A stretch of 54,520 bases of DNA. It comes from Thermoflexia bacterium. GTDB lineage: Bacteria; Chloroflexota; Anaerolineae; B4-G1; SLSP01. How positions within the stretch are numbered: position 1 is the stretch's first letter; each line of letters opens with the position of its first letter. Location of the stretch: the NCBI GenBank assembly GCA_011192175.1, contig DUEJ01000107.1:1-54520 (forward strand), written 5' to 3'. Made by a program: the position numbers and the translations under genes. Below the pieces are notes generated by a model. That model was not told the DNA's origin, did no database searches, and was given only the letters and a program-made list of their open reading frames with translations. Shown one piece after another: positions 44,515 to 54,520 of the stretch.

Positions 44515-46904
44515 CAACTAACATCTCCCTCTAGAGTTACTGGATTCCAGAGTGCGGCGATGCGGCGCGCTAAGCCACGATGCTCCGGGCGCGATAAATC
44601 GCTATCTACCGCCAGCAACCTCTCAGCCGCCTCCCGTACCTCATGCAACAACCGCGTATCGCGCGCCTGCATAGCCAGAGGCAGTTCCGGAAAACCACTC
44701 TGGCGCGTGCCCAGGAATTCACCCGGGCCGCGCATCTCCAAATCTTTTTCTGCCAACGCAAACCCGTCATTAGTAGCTGCCAACGCCTGCAACCGTTCTG
44801 TGGCCCGCTCAGAAGCATTCTGCGCCAGCAACAGACAATAGGATTGCTGCGCGCCGCGTCCTACTCGTCCTCGGAACTGATGTAATTGCGAGAGGCCGAA
44901 CCGTTCCGCGCCATCAACCAACATGACGGTAGCATTGGGCACATCCACTCCCACCTCAACCACGGAAGTGGCAACCAAAATATCCACCTCACCACGCGCG
45001 AAAGCGGACATCCCTGCTTCCTTATCTGTGCCGCTCATCCGCCCGTGGAGCAAGCCCACCCGCAAAGACGGGAAGATTTCCTTTTGTAACCGCTCATATT
45101 CCACCACAGCCGCCCGCGCCTCTATTTTCTCCGATTCCTCAACCAACGGGTAAATAATAAATGCCTGCCGGCCCTGAGCTATCTCTTTGCGGATAAAAGC
45201 GTAAGCGCGTTCCCGGTGCCTCGGAGCCAAGACGCGCGTTTGGATCGGCTGGCGACCAGGCGGCAGCTCATCCAACACCGAGACGTCCAAATGCCCCCAG
45301 AGAGTCAGTTCCAGAGAACGGGGAATAGGCGTCGCGGTCATCACTAACAGGTGCGGATTGTATCCCTTCTGGCGCAGAGCGCCGCGCTGTTCAACGCCGA
45401 AGCGATGTTGCTCATCCACCACCACCAGCACTAACTCGTCAAACTCTACCGTTTCTTGAATCAGCGCATGGGTGCCCACCACCAGCTGGACAGCCCCCGA
45501 GGCTAACCCGGCGTAAATTTCCTCCCGTGTTTCCCCAGAGACGCTCCCCGTCAGCAGCCGAATTTCCGGATGAGGGGCTGGGAAAGTCGCTAGCAATTGC
45601 TGGAGAGTCTGATAGTGCTGCTCGGCCAAAATTTCAGTGGGCGCCATCAGTGCAGCTTGATATCTTTCCAACGCCACAATATCCATCAAGATTGCGGCCA
45701 CCGCCGTCTTGCCAGACCCCACATCTCCCTGCAAAAGCCGGTTCATGGGCCGCCCAGAAGCCAGATCCGCCATCATTTCATTCAACGAGCGCCGTTGGGC
45801 TGCCGTTAGCTCATAAGGCAGCGCCACCGCCAACGCCTTCAGATAATCCAATGGCGGCTTGACCTCCCGGCCCGGCACCGCTTTCCACTGCTGCTTTTGC
45901 TGCAACAACCCCAACTGTAAGTAGAGGGTTTCCTCAAAGATCAACCGCCGCCGGGCGGCTTTAAGGCATTCGACGTCTTGAGGGAAGTGAATGCCCCACA
46001 ACGCTTGTTCCATAGATAAAAGCTGGTGCCTCTCGCGTAAATACTCTGGCAGAGGATCAGGCAGCCGGGCGGCCCAGACACTCAGCGTCTGGCGCATCAA
46101 CTTCCGCAACCCGCGGGCGGCCAGCCCCTCGGTCAGCGGATAGATAGGCAGTATCTGGGGAGTACCCAGATCATCCTGCCCAATACGTTCCCACTGCGGA
46201 GAATTCATAGTCAGGCGGCCCAAATACTCATCCACCTTGCCCCGCACCCGTATTTGCATCCCCGGCTTGATCCGTCCCTGCAAATACGGTTGATTGAACC
46301 AGGTAATTTCCAACGTCCCTGTACCATCAGATAAAATAGCGTGGAACAAACTACGCCCACCCCGCGTTTTTCGTACCTCCGCCTCCCAAACAGAAGCGAG
46401 CAACGTCACCCGCTCGCCATACTCCAGCCGGTCAATCGTCTTAAACTTAGAATAATCTTCATACCGGTGTGGATAGAGGGTCAACAAGTCCCCGATCGTC
46501 TTTGCGCCCACCTTAGCCAACAATTTAGCGCGTTTCGCTCCCACCCCCGGTAACAAATTCGTCGCGGCCCGTAACCCGCGCTCCACTGGCCCCCTGCTTG
46601 GCGCAGGAGGAACCGTTGAAGCCCCAAACCGTGGGGTTGGCGCCTCTTCCCCAGGAGCCAATAAATTCCACAACTGCCGCCAACATTCCGGGCGCACCTC
46701 GGCTGGCCCAGCACTATACTCCTCCATGCGCCGCGCCACCTCAGTCACCCAATCCGCCCGCTCCGCACCGTAAACCCGCGCGGCCTGCTTCTGCCACGTT
46801 CCCACGTAGCGCGCCAGCCCGCCCGCTACGGCCTTATCCTGGAACAGATAATCCCGTTTCTCCAAAACAAGCATCTTCTTCAGCGTTTCCAAAGGCTCTC
46901 CCAT
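44514..46904 (-). CDS. recG: ATP-dependent DNA helicase RecG
   Basis: MNRLLQGDVGSGKT, APTEILAEQH, DEQHRFG, MTATPIPR, QLHQFRGRVGRG, RGPGEFLG. Confidence 0.97.
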   Translation of the reverse strand: MGEPLETLKKMLVLEKRDYLFQDKAVAGGLARYVGTWQKQAARVYGAERADWVTEVARRMEEYSAGPAEVRPECWRQLWNLLAPGEEAPTPRFGASTVPPAPSRGPVERGLRAATNLLPGVGAKRAKLLAKVGAKTIGDLLTLYPHRYEDYSKFKTIDRLEYGERVTLLASVWEAEVRKTRGGRSLFHAILSDGTGTLEITWFNQPYLQGRIKPGMQIRVRGKVDEYLGRLTMNSPQWERIGQDDLGTPQILPIYPLTEGLAARGLRKLMRQTLSVWAARLPDPLPEYLRERHQLLSMEQALWGIHFPQDVECLKAARRRLIFEETLYLQLGLLQQKQQWKAVPGREVKPPLDYLKALAVALPYELTAAQRRSLNEMMADLASGRPMNRLLQGDVGSGKTAVAAILMDIVALERYQAALMAPTEILAEQHYQTLQQLLATFPAPHPEIRLLTGSVSGETREEIYAGLASGAVQLVVGTHALIQETVEFDELVLVVVDEQHRFGVEQRGALRQKGYNPHLLVMTATPIPRSLELTLWGHLDVSVLDELPPGRQPIQTRVLAPRHRERAYAFIRKEIAQGRQAFIIYPLVEESEKIEARAAVVEYERLQKEIFPSLRVGLLHGRMSGTDKEAGMSAFARGEVDILVATSVVEVGVDVPNATVMLVDGAERFGLSQLHQFRGRVGRGAQQSYCLLLAQNASERATERLQALAATNDGFALAEKDLEMRGPGEFLGTRQSGFPELPLAMQARDTRLLHEVREAAERLLAVDSDLSRPEHRGLARRIAALWNPVTLEGDVS

Positions 46905-47110
46905 GCACTCTCCCCGCAAAATCTCATCCCGCTCAGTTGATTGCCAGCCAGTGTCCGTGCTCTCTCTGCCATGTTCTTAATTTTTTGATCAATTTCCCTG
47001 GCGGCTCCCCTCAATGTCATTACGTACAGTTCAACCTACCACCCCGCCAAATGGGAAAAGGAAGAGATCTTCTCCGCGCGTCTCGCGCCACATTCCACCC
47101 TCCATCCCGC

Positions 47111-47977
47111 TTACCAAACCTTCCCCGCGCCCTCCGCTTGCACCCAGGCCACGCCCACGCCCTGCGGCCCGATATGTGTTCCAAAGATAGGGTTAACTTC
47201 CACCACCGGCAACTGCCCACAGGGAGCATAAGGCTGCATAGCCTCATGCAGCGCCATCCAACTCTCTTCAGCCAGACCGCTGTGCAACAGCACCAACCGC
47301 TCCAAAGGCCCGGCTTCCGCCACCTGCCGGAGCAACCACGCCCGCGCCCGCCGGCGAGTACGCACCCGCCCCCACAGGCGCGCCTCGCCCGCATGAAAAG
47401 CTATCAAGGGCTTAACCTTCAACCACTGCCCCAGCTGCGCCGTGACCCAACTCACGCGACCGCTACGTTTCAAATACTCCAACGTATCCAGCACCCCGAT
47501 GATATATGTGCGCTGGCGCAACGCAATCACTAATTCCTTAACCTCAACTACCGTTGCTCCCCGCGCGAGAGCTTCAGCCGCCGCCTGGACCAGAAAGCCC
47601 AGGCCCCGCGAAATTTGACCACTCTCCAACAGATGCACCCGCGCGCCCCCCAGCTCTCTGGCGGCCAACTGCGCATTGGCCTGCGTGCTGCTAAGAGAAT
47701 TAGCCAGAAAGATTGCGATAATATCCTCCGCCCCTTCCGTGACCAACTCCTCGTAGAACGTCAAAATCTCTCCCACACCCGGCGCAGCCGTCTGCGGCAT
47801 CTCCCCACTCTGCGCCAACCGTTGATAGAAGCAACTCCGATCCAACGTACCATCATCACAATAATCCTCCCCCTCTAGCGAAAAATGCAGGGGGAGAATC
47901 CTGATACCCAAACGTTGCGCGGTCTCTACGGATAGATCCGCGGTGCTATCGGTGAGCACGCGGATAGAGTTGCTCAC
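47111..47977 (-). CDS. DegV family fatty-acid-binding protein (FakB-like)
   Basis: LTDSTADL, DTLEYLKRSGRV, GTHIGP. Confidence 0.92.
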   Translation of the reverse strand: MSNSIRVLTDSTADLSVETAQRLGIRILPLHFSLEGEDYCDDGTLDRSCFYQRLAQSGEMPQTAAPGVGEILTFYEELVTEGAEDIIAIFLANSLSSTQANAQLAARELGGARVHLLESGQISRGLGFLVQAAAEALARGATVVEVKELVIALRQRTYIIGVLDTLEYLKRSGRVSWVTAQLGQWLKVKPLIAFHAGEARLWGRVRTRRRARAWLLRQVAEAGPLERLVLLHSGLAEESWMALHEAMQPYAPCGQLPVVEVNPIFGTHIGPQGVGVAWVQAEGAGKVW

Positions 47978-48840
47978 CTAAAATTAAGCCCCTCGTAAAC
48001 CACCAGCCCCAATCCATTTGGCCCCACATGCGAGGCCAGAATTGGATCGTAGAAAATAGTGGGAAAATCAATACCCGGCAATAGCTCTTCCAGCTCATCC
48101 CGCAGCTCGGCCGCCTCTGCTGCAATTTCCGGCCCATATCCTTGCAAAATCACCAATTGTCTAATGCGCGAAAATTCAGAGGCAAACTCATCTAATCTAT
48201 CCAACGCTTTCGACGCAGATCTACTCTTCTCCAGCGGGAGAATATCCCCCCTTTCAATCTCCATAAAAGGATGGATGCCTAAAAAGGAACCTAAAATCGC
48301 CTGCATAGCACTCAACCGGCCACTGCGCTGCAAATACTCTGACGTGTGCGAAGTCATTGCCACGTACAGGTGCGGCATCATCCCACGCAATTGACGCACA
48401 ATAGCCGGTAATGGCCAAGCGTCTTCCTGTAACAACATCCCTGCTCGCTCCACCAAGGCCCCTAACCCCATCGAGATCGTTTCAGAATCCAAGATGGTGA
48501 TGTCACAGCGGCCCATAAAATCCTGTGCGCCCAGACGTGCATTTTTCAGTACGGGGCTTAAGCGACCAGAGGAAAGAATTAACAACATCTTATTAGTGCG
48601 ATAAAGTGTGCGTGCAAACACTGCCCGAAAATCATCTGGTGAAGGGCCAATAATTTTTACTGCTTGCCGTTCCTTCATCAAATCGGATAACAGTTCAATA
48701 TGCCCAGCTACTTGCTGATCGTAAATATAGGTTCTATCCCCTACCTGTGCCACAATAGGAAGACTAATCACCCCCAACTCGCGCAACCGCTCGGGGGGGA
48801 GACAAGCAGTACCGTCAGTAATCAATTGCACTCGACTCAC
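47974..48840 (-). CDS. DegV family protein (FakB-like), divergent
   Basis: ITDGTACL, DSETISMGLG, EYLQRSGRL, SHVGP. Confidence 0.88.
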   Translation of the reverse strand: MSRVQLITDGTACLPPERLRELGVISLPIVAQVGDRTYIYDQQVAGHIELLSDLMKERQAVKIIGPSPDDFRAVFARTLYRTNKMLLILSSGRLSPVLKNARLGAQDFMGRCDITILDSETISMGLGALVERAGMLLQEDAWPLPAIVRQLRGMMPHLYVAMTSHTSEYLQRSGRLSAMQAILGSFLGIHPFMEIERGDILPLEKSRSASKALDRLDEFASEFSRIRQLVILQGYGPEIAAEAAELRDELEELLPGIDFPTIFYDPILASHVGPNGLGLVVYEGLNFR

Positions 48841-48896
48841 TTCCGCTCCTCCATAAGACTGTTAATTCCGAAAATGTTTTCCCCTACCCCCCCCCG

Positions 48897-50588
48897 CTAT
48901 TCAATCGAAATCAAGTAGGGGTAATGTGGTTGACCACCAAACATAACTTCAAATTCCAACTCCAGATAGGCAGCTCTCAATAGTTCAATCAGAGACTCGG
49001 CCTCTTCAGCTAGCACGTCTTCCCCATAATAGAAAGTAACAAGTTCCCGTTCCTCAAGCTCGGCTAACCCCAAGAGCTCTCTGACGATTCCTTCAACAGT
49101 TTCACCGGCCACGACCATTTTACCATCTAATAAACCAATAGCATCCCCTTTCCGGACCTTCACCCCATTCACGGTTACACTGCGAACCGCCCAAGTCACC
49201 TCGCCAGAGATTATCTCCTGCGCGGCCTCGCCCATAGCCGTCACATTTTCATCCAGCGTAGCCTGAGGATTTAAGAAGAGCAATGCCCCCACGCCCTGAG
49301 CCATGCTGCGGGTAGGCACTACGGCAACTGTTTTCTCACTTACCTCCGCCGCTTGTTCCGAGGCCATAAAGATATTTTTGTTATTAGGAAGCACTATAGC
49401 CTGCTCAGTTGGTAACTGGTCAAGTGCTTTTACTATATCTGCCGTACTGGGATTCATCGTCTGCCCCCCGCGTACCACCACCGCCCCCAAACTTTGGAAA
49501 ATCTGGACCATGCCCTCCCCGGCAGCTACCACCACTACCCCCATTTCATCCGGGGCTAAATTCGCTATCAGCGGTGAAATTAACTCTTTGCCCGGCCCCC
49601 TCCCCGGATGTACGTCACGCCCAGCGAGAAACTCCAGATATTGGGCCTGCATATTTTCCACCACCACATCTAGCAGCTCGCCATGCCGCACCCCATAACT
49701 AATCGGTATTCCGGGATCAGATACATGCACATGCACTTTAATGGTCTGAGAATCACCCACTATTAACGGGCAATCTCCCAGGGCCTCAATCCCCGCACGG
49801 ATGCTGGTCACATCCATATCCTGCCCTCGGACAATAAATTGCACATCATAAGGATAAGCCCTATCAAAATGAATATGCTCATGTCCATGATCTACATCCA
49901 ACTGTCCTGCGGTGGAGAGATCCACCACTTGTAAGAGGCGTTCATCCTCCGTCACTGCTATTCCCGCGACAGAGTGCCACATCCCTTCGAAGATCACCGC
50001 CAAGCCCTGCCCTCCGGCGTCCACCACCCCGGCCTCACGCAACACGGCCAATAGCGAGGGAGTCCGGGACTCACTAGCTTTCGCCGCACTTACCAGCTGC
50101 TTAAAGAACTCCCGCATATCAGTCTCGTCTTTAGCAACCAGCTCCATCTCTGCCGCTGTCTCGCGAATTACCGTGAGAATCGTGCCCTCGACCGGTTTCA
50201 CGACCCCTTTATAAGCCGTATCTGAGGCCGCCTGCAGCGCAGTCGTCAATTCTGGCACATTCACGCGGGTCTTGCCAGCTAGGCCCCTAGCCAGTCCGCG
50301 CCATATCTGAGAAAGAATCACCCCAGAGTTCCCCCGCGCCCCCATCAAAGCGCCATGCGCCACCTTCTCCGCGATCACCCCCACCTCCTCCTGCGGGAGA
50401 TTCTCTATCTCCTCCCAGGCAGAGGTCATAGTCAACATCATATTGGTACCAGTGTCGCCATCAGGGACCGGGAAAACATTCAAAGCATTGATAGCCTCTT
50501 TATGTTGTCGCAATCTGACCAGCGCCGCTTTCACCATCCATTTTAGATCTTGGCCATCCAAAGCCATATATTCTTCACGCACAGCCAC
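48897..50588 (-). CDS. DAK2 domain protein (fatty acid kinase FakA/YloV-like)
   Basis: LNVFPVPDGDTGTNM, GARGNSGVILSQ, KPVEGTILTV, VVDAGG, GGQTMNPST, GGQPHY. Confidence 0.93.
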   Translation of the reverse strand: MAVREEYMALDGQDLKWMVKAALVRLRQHKEAINALNVFPVPDGDTGTNMMLTMTSAWEEIENLPQEEVGVIAEKVAHGALMGARGNSGVILSQIWRGLARGLAGKTRVNVPELTTALQAASDTAYKGVVKPVEGTILTVIRETAAEMELVAKDETDMREFFKQLVSAAKASESRTPSLLAVLREAGVVDAGGQGLAVIFEGMWHSVAGIAVTEDERLLQVVDLSTAGQLDVDHGHEHIHFDRAYPYDVQFIVRGQDMDVTSIRAGIEALGDCPLIVGDSQTIKVHVHVSDPGIPISYGVRHGELLDVVVENMQAQYLEFLAGRDVHPGRGPGKELISPLIANLAPDEMGVVVVAAGEGMVQIFQSLGAVVVRGGQTMNPSTADIVKALDQLPTEQAIVLPNNKNIFMASEQAAEVSEKTVAVVPTRSMAQGVGALLFLNPQATLDENVTAMGEAAQEIISGEVTWAVRSVTVNGVKVRKGDAIGLLDGKMVVAGETVEGIVRELLGLAELEERELVTFYYGEDVLAEEAESLIELLRAAYLELEFEVMFGGQPHYPYLISIE

Positions 50589-50602
50589 AATTCACCGCCT
50601 CC

Positions 50603-50959
50603 CTACTCCTCGTCGCTAACCCGGAGCGCCTGCACATGCACATTCACCGCTTCCACAGGCATCTCCAACGCCTTTTCGACTTGATATCGCACTACATTTT
50701 TGACACTCTGAGCCACGCTGGCAATACGGGTCCCATATTCTACCACAACGAAAACATTGATAACGATCATTTTGTTACGCACGCGAATCTCCACTCCTCG
50801 CTTGCGATCAGCTGAAAGTAAATCAGCCACCTCTGCGGCAAAGTTCCTGGGGACTACACCCACCACCCCATAACATCTTTGCACGACCTCACTAACAATT
50901 GAAGAGATCGCCGCTGACGAAACCTCGATCTTTCCCTTAGGTCGAATTTGTTCACTCAT
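50603..50959 (-). CDS. Asp23/Gls24 family protein (YloU-like)
   Basis: GKIEVS...CYGVVG...VEYGTRI...VNVHVQ. Confidence 0.9.
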   Translation of the reverse strand: MSEQIRPKGKIEVSSAAISSIVSEVVQRCYGVVGVVPRNFAAEVADLLSADRKRGVEIRVRNKMIVINVFVVVEYGTRIASVAQSVKNVVRYQVEKALEMPVEAVNVHVQALRVSDEE

Positions 50960-51038
50960 TTTTTACACCCCTCCTAAGTTGCTCTTTATTCCGTATATGG
51001 TATTATATTCGCACAGAAATATACGAGGTGAAATTACT

Positions 51039-51227
51039 ATGGCAAAATGTGATATCTGTGGAAAAAGTACTCGCTTTGGTCGCAACGTAAGTCACTCAAA
51101 GAAATCCACCAACCGTAGATTTATGGCCAATATTCAACGCAAGCGCGTTATGCTTGACGGTAGGATGCAACGCATTCATATCTGCACCCAGTGTCTACGC
51201 ACCTTGACCAAACAACCAACGAGATAA
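51039..51227 (+). CDS. rpmB: 50S ribosomal protein L28
   Basis: MAKCDICGK...GRNVSHSKK...ICTQCLRT; GAGG RBS before ATG 51039. Confidence 0.97.
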   Translation: MAKCDICGKSTRFGRNVSHSKKSTNRRFMANIQRKRVMLDGRMQRIHICTQCLRTLTKQPTR

Positions 51228-51244
51228 CTTTTACCCTCTCAATA

Positions 51245-51275
51245 AAACAGCTCCGTCTTAATGACGGGGCTGTTT
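51245..51275. terminator. Bidirectional terminator
   Basis: aaacagctccgtc...gacggggctgttt between rpmB and rpe. Confidence 0.8.
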
Positions 51276-51291
51276 GTGGTTCATCAAGTTA

Positions 51292-51963
51292 TTATTCTCT
51301 CTCTGCCGCATCCCGTAAATCAGCAATAGCCTGCGCTATTCCTAGTGGATATCTGAAAATTGCAGAACCGGCTACCAACATATCGGCGCCTGCCGCAACC
51401 ACCTCAGTGGTCGTCTCCACATTTATCCCGCCATCCACTGAGAGCCAAACCTCACTCCGATTTTCGTCCAGCCAACTCCGGAGCCTCCTGATTTTAGGAA
51501 GCATCCCGGTAATAAATTTCTGTCCCCCAAAACCAGGATTAACAGTCATCACTAAGATCAAATCCAGCTCGGGCAAGAGATATTGCAACACGTTTTCCCC
51601 CGTCGCCGGATTGAGTGCCACCCCCGCCTTCGCCCCCAACTCCTTGATCCGGCATAGAGTGCGATGCAGATGAGTAGTGGCTTCTGGATGCACCGATACC
51701 CAATCCGCCCCGGCCCTCACAAAATCCGTCAGATAACGTTCTGGACGATCAATCATCAAATGCACGTCCAGCGGCAAAGTCGTAACCTGGCGAATCGCTT
51801 TAACCACCGAGGGGCCAATACTGATATTGGGAACAAACTGCCCATCCATCACATCAATATGGATTAGATCAGCCCCGGCGGCTTCCGCTTTTCGCACCGC
51901 CAGCCCTATTTCAGTAAAATCAGCCGCTAGAATTGACGGAGCAATACGTATCCATTTACTCAT
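51292..51963 (-). CDS. rpe: Ribulose-phosphate 3-epimerase
   Basis: IAPSILAADF, HIDVMDGQFVPN, DVHLM, MTVNPGFGGQ, VDGGIN, VAGSAIF. Confidence 0.97.
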   Translation of the reverse strand: MSKWIRIAPSILAADFTEIGLAVRKAEAAGADLIHIDVMDGQFVPNISIGPSVVKAIRQVTTLPLDVHLMIDRPERYLTDFVRAGADWVSVHPEATTHLHRTLCRIKELGAKAGVALNPATGENVLQYLLPELDLILVMTVNPGFGGQKFITGMLPKIRRLRSWLDENRSEVWLSVDGGINVETTTEVVAAGADMLVAGSAIFRYPLGIAQAIADLRDAAERE

Positions 51964-52183
51964 AATCCAACTATAATACAATGGATAATAAAAATGACAA
52001 CCACTACTTTATTTAATAGCATGCACTCTCGAACTAAGATCAGGATCAAAGCACTTACTTAATTCCAATTCGCTACCGTGCCCCTGCATTAAAAACAAAA
52101 CCGTTACAAAAAGGTTAAAAAAAGCGCGCAGGTATTGACATGCCTTGCAAGAAATAGTAACATACTTAGTAGGTAAATGTACC

Positions 52184-52196
52184 TGAAAACCTTTCA
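52184..52196. promoter_or_regulatory. Palindromic candidate operator for the adjacent RpiR regulator
   Basis: TGAAA-acc-TTTCA about 50 bp upstream of the ATG; autoregulation is inferred. Confidence 0.35.
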
Positions 52197-52243
52197 CATC
52201 ACAAATTTTTTGGCACCTAGACTAACAAATACAGGAGGATCCA

Positions 52244-53137
52244 ATGTTTCGCCACCGCATACAAGAACACTACGAAGAATTAACTCCTCGTTTTAGGACT
52301 CTGGCCGACTTCATTCTAGAAAACACTCTCGACGTAGGTTTTCTCACCGCTACGGCCTTAGCCCGCCGCGTTGCTGTAGATCCAGCCACTGTAGTCCGCT
52401 TTTCTCAAGAAATAGGCTATTCCGGATATAGAGAGCTGTCTATTGAGATCAAAGAGTACGTCAATAATGAGCTCGCGCTACGTTACAAAACTGGGAATCC
52501 TGAAGCTGAAGGACTGGCAGGAGAAATCGCCATCTTAACCGATGAACTCAGTGATCGCATTTTGAGCTTCAAGTCAGAAGCCGTACAAATCGCTGAGATC
52601 GCGGAGGCTCTGCAACAAGCAAATCGCATCTTTGTCACCAGCGAAGGTGAGAGTTACGGCCTAGCTTCCTTGTGGGCCAACTATTTGCGCATTATCGGCC
52701 TCCAATCTTACGCCATCTCAGCCAATGCTGCTCAAGCAGCGTTGATGCTTCGTGACGCCAAGCCCGGCGATTTAGTTTTTGCTATCTCACTAGGCTTAGA
52801 TCCCGACGTTGATTTAGGTCACCTGCTTCACAACGCCCAAAAACACTCCTTGCGCACCATCAGCATAACTACCAACGCCACGCTCTTGCCGGCCCGGCAA
52901 GCAGATATCAACCTCACCGCTCCCGCCGAAACTCCCTCCGGATATCCCTCTTTCGATACCTTGATGGGCCTACTCTCTCTCATCTGGCAAGCCCTGCTCA
53001 AAATAAATCTGGACCGTAGCCAATCCAGTATCAAAGCTATGTTAGCTACTCTAAGCTCGCTGGTTGCAGAACAAGAGGAAATTCCTCCCTATGATGTTGC
53101 CACTACCATGCGCCTCTGGAATCAGGATAATAAGTAA
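52244..53137 (+). CDS. MurR/RpiR family transcriptional regulator (HTH + SIS)
   Basis: LADFILEN...LARRVAVDPATVVRFSQEIGYSGY, followed by a SIS-like domain. Confidence 0.92.
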   Translation: MFRHRIQEHYEELTPRFRTLADFILENTLDVGFLTATALARRVAVDPATVVRFSQEIGYSGYRELSIEIKEYVNNELALRYKTGNPEAEGLAGEIAILTDELSDRILSFKSEAVQIAEIAEALQQANRIFVTSEGESYGLASLWANYLRIIGLQSYAISANAAQAALMLRDAKPGDLVFAISLGLDPDVDLGHLLHNAQKHSLRTISITTNATLLPARQADINLTAPAETPSGYPSFDTLMGLLSLIWQALLKINLDRSQSSIKAMLATLSSLVAEQEEIPPYDVATTMRLWNQDNK

Positions 53138-53143
53138 GCTAAT

Positions 53144-53179
53144 CAAACGGGGACCGTTCCAAAAAACGGTCCCCGTTTG
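53144..53179. terminator. Bidirectional terminator
   Basis: caaacggggaccgtt...aacggtccccgtttg. Confidence 0.8.
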
Positions 53180-53194
53180 CATCCGAGTATCCTC

Positions 53195-54211
53195 TTAATC
53201 CTGAGGCGGCAATTCATCGTACGAACGCGGCCAAGTCTCCGTGTAGAATTTCAAATAATTTGGCAACCCCAATCTCCAAAGTCTATCCACATGCGCGCCT
53301 TCACCCATCTGGTATTGCACCTCAGCCTCATTCTCGACCAGTAGCTCATACAAACGTATGGTACTATGGCGGGCCCAATCCGCATCACCCGCACTCAGGT
53401 AAATTCGCTGCCCCAGAGCACCGTCCTCAACCAAAAGAAACGGATCATAAGCTGGTAGTGGATAATTAACAGAGAGCGCCGGACTATGCGCTCCCACTAT
53501 ACTAAAAATATCAGGGTTACGTAGCCCAATCTCTAAGGCCCAAACGCCGCCCCGCGAAATACCTCCCAGCGCCCTCCCCTCTGCAGCCTGCCAAGTACGG
53601 TAATTATCATCAATCAAAGGGACTAGCTCGTTCACCACCATGCCTTCCACTGAGTGGTCACCGCCACTAGAGTTGATGTATAATCCTTGGGGATTAACTA
53701 CTCCGGGCATCACGATAATTAAGGGTCCCATCATAGAGCGCCCGCTCCATTCATCCGCAATTTTCTCTACTCCCAATTCCACCCAATGCTCTTCATCCAT
53801 AGGCCATCCATGGAACAAATAAAGTACCGGGAAATTACGTTCTCTGGAATACGCATAGCACGGGGGTAGATGAACAAAATAATGGATTTCCTCTTCCGCC
53901 ATCGCTGGGCTAAAAAAAGAACCTTCCCGTGTCTGACCTTCCTGCGAGGAGCAAACAAAGGGTGTAGCCGTAGGAATAGCCGTCTTAGTAGGAGCCGAAG
54001 TAGGCGTTGCTGTGGGGGTAACAGATGGAGTAGCTGTGTATATAGCTTCTATAGTTGCTGACGGTTCGCTTGCAACCACCACAGGATTTTGAATGTCAAC
54101 TCCATCGGCACCTTGACAGGCCACCAACAGAGAAGTCAATATGAAAACCCAGATCCTTTCAAATTTTCGCAATAATTGAACCCTCTTTACCGCATCCATC
54201 TTCCTTGTCAT
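53195..54211 (-). CDS. Secreted/lipoprotein alpha/beta-hydrolase esterase
   Basis: Lipobox-like LVAC, Thr/Pro linker, PVLYLFHG, GISRGG nucleophile elbow, C-terminal GAH. Start uncertain. Confidence 0.85.
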   Translation of the reverse strand: MTRKMDAVKRVQLLRKFERIWVFILTSLLVACQGADGVDIQNPVVVASEPSATIEAIYTATPSVTPTATPTSAPTKTAIPTATPFVCSSQEGQTREGSFFSPAMAEEEIHYFVHLPPCYAYSRERNFPVLYLFHGWPMDEEHWVELGVEKIADEWSGRSMMGPLIIVMPGVVNPQGLYINSSGGDHSVEGMVVNELVPLIDDNYRTWQAAEGRALGGISRGGVWALEIGLRNPDIFSIVGAHSPALSVNYPLPAYDPFLLVEDGALGQRIYLSAGDADWARHSTIRLYELLVENEAEVQYQMGEGAHVDRLWRLGLPNYLKFYTETWPRSYDELPPQD

Positions 54212-54348
54212 CCCTGTCGTTCAGCAAAATCCATTACTCTCGAAGCCAAGTCATTTTAACAATAACCAACTACCCGTCAAACCGTTGCGCGCAGCTAGCC
54301 CTCCTCCCGGTCGACGAAAATTACGCCGGGGGCACCCCGCGATAGCAC

Positions 54349-54380
54349 AAACCGTCCGGGCCTCGAGGGCTCGGACGGTT
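54349..54380 (-). terminator. Hairpin downstream of the 5S rRNA gene
   Basis: aaccgtccgggc...gctcggacggtt. Confidence 0.6.
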
Positions 54381-54406
54381 AAGTCCTACTAACCTAACAC
54401 GAGTGC

Positions 54407-54520
54407 GTTTGGCGCTGACCTACTCTCCCAGAGGGCTGCCCCTCCAGTACCATCGGCGCTGACGGACTTAACTGCCGGGTGCGAGATGGAACCGGGTGTC
54501 TCCCCGCCGCTCCAAGCACC
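54407..54520 (-). rRNA. rrf: 5S ribosomal RNA (5' few nt lie beyond the window)
   Basis: Plus strand carries the reverse-complement hallmarks acctactctccc, cagtaccatcggcgc, cttaactgccgggtgcgagatggaaccgggtgt. Confidence 0.95.

Overview
Bacterial chromosomal window, most likely Chloroflexota/Anaerolineae (inferred from gene content, lipoprotein/LysM repertoire and intergenic repeat style). The left ~12 kb is accessory: the 5' part of a type III-like DNA methyltransferase, an orphan antitoxin-like gene between duplicated promoter-like repeats, Na/Pi and FNT transporters, a BrnT/BrnA pair, and a solute-binding lipoprotein followed by a kinase/receiver/hybrid-kinase cascade. The middle holds CIRCE-regulated groESL, a ChvE/GguAB-type sugar ABC operon and a divergent AfuABC-like ABC operon. 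The right half is mostly housekeeping (miaA, queG, mpg, nusB, rpmF, coaD, recG, DegV/DAK2, rpmB, rpe) and ends in a 5S rRNA gene. The best candidate for an undescribed system is directly downstream of the sugar ABC operon: a soluble histidine kinase whose only input domain is a catalytically degenerate ABC nucleotide-binding domain, paired with a REC-LuxR-REC regulator. This suggests transporter-coupled (flux) or nucleotide sensing. Several families of small dispersed repeats, including a 106-bp MITE/REPIN-like element, are also visible. All product calls come from motif recognition by eye; no database searches were run.
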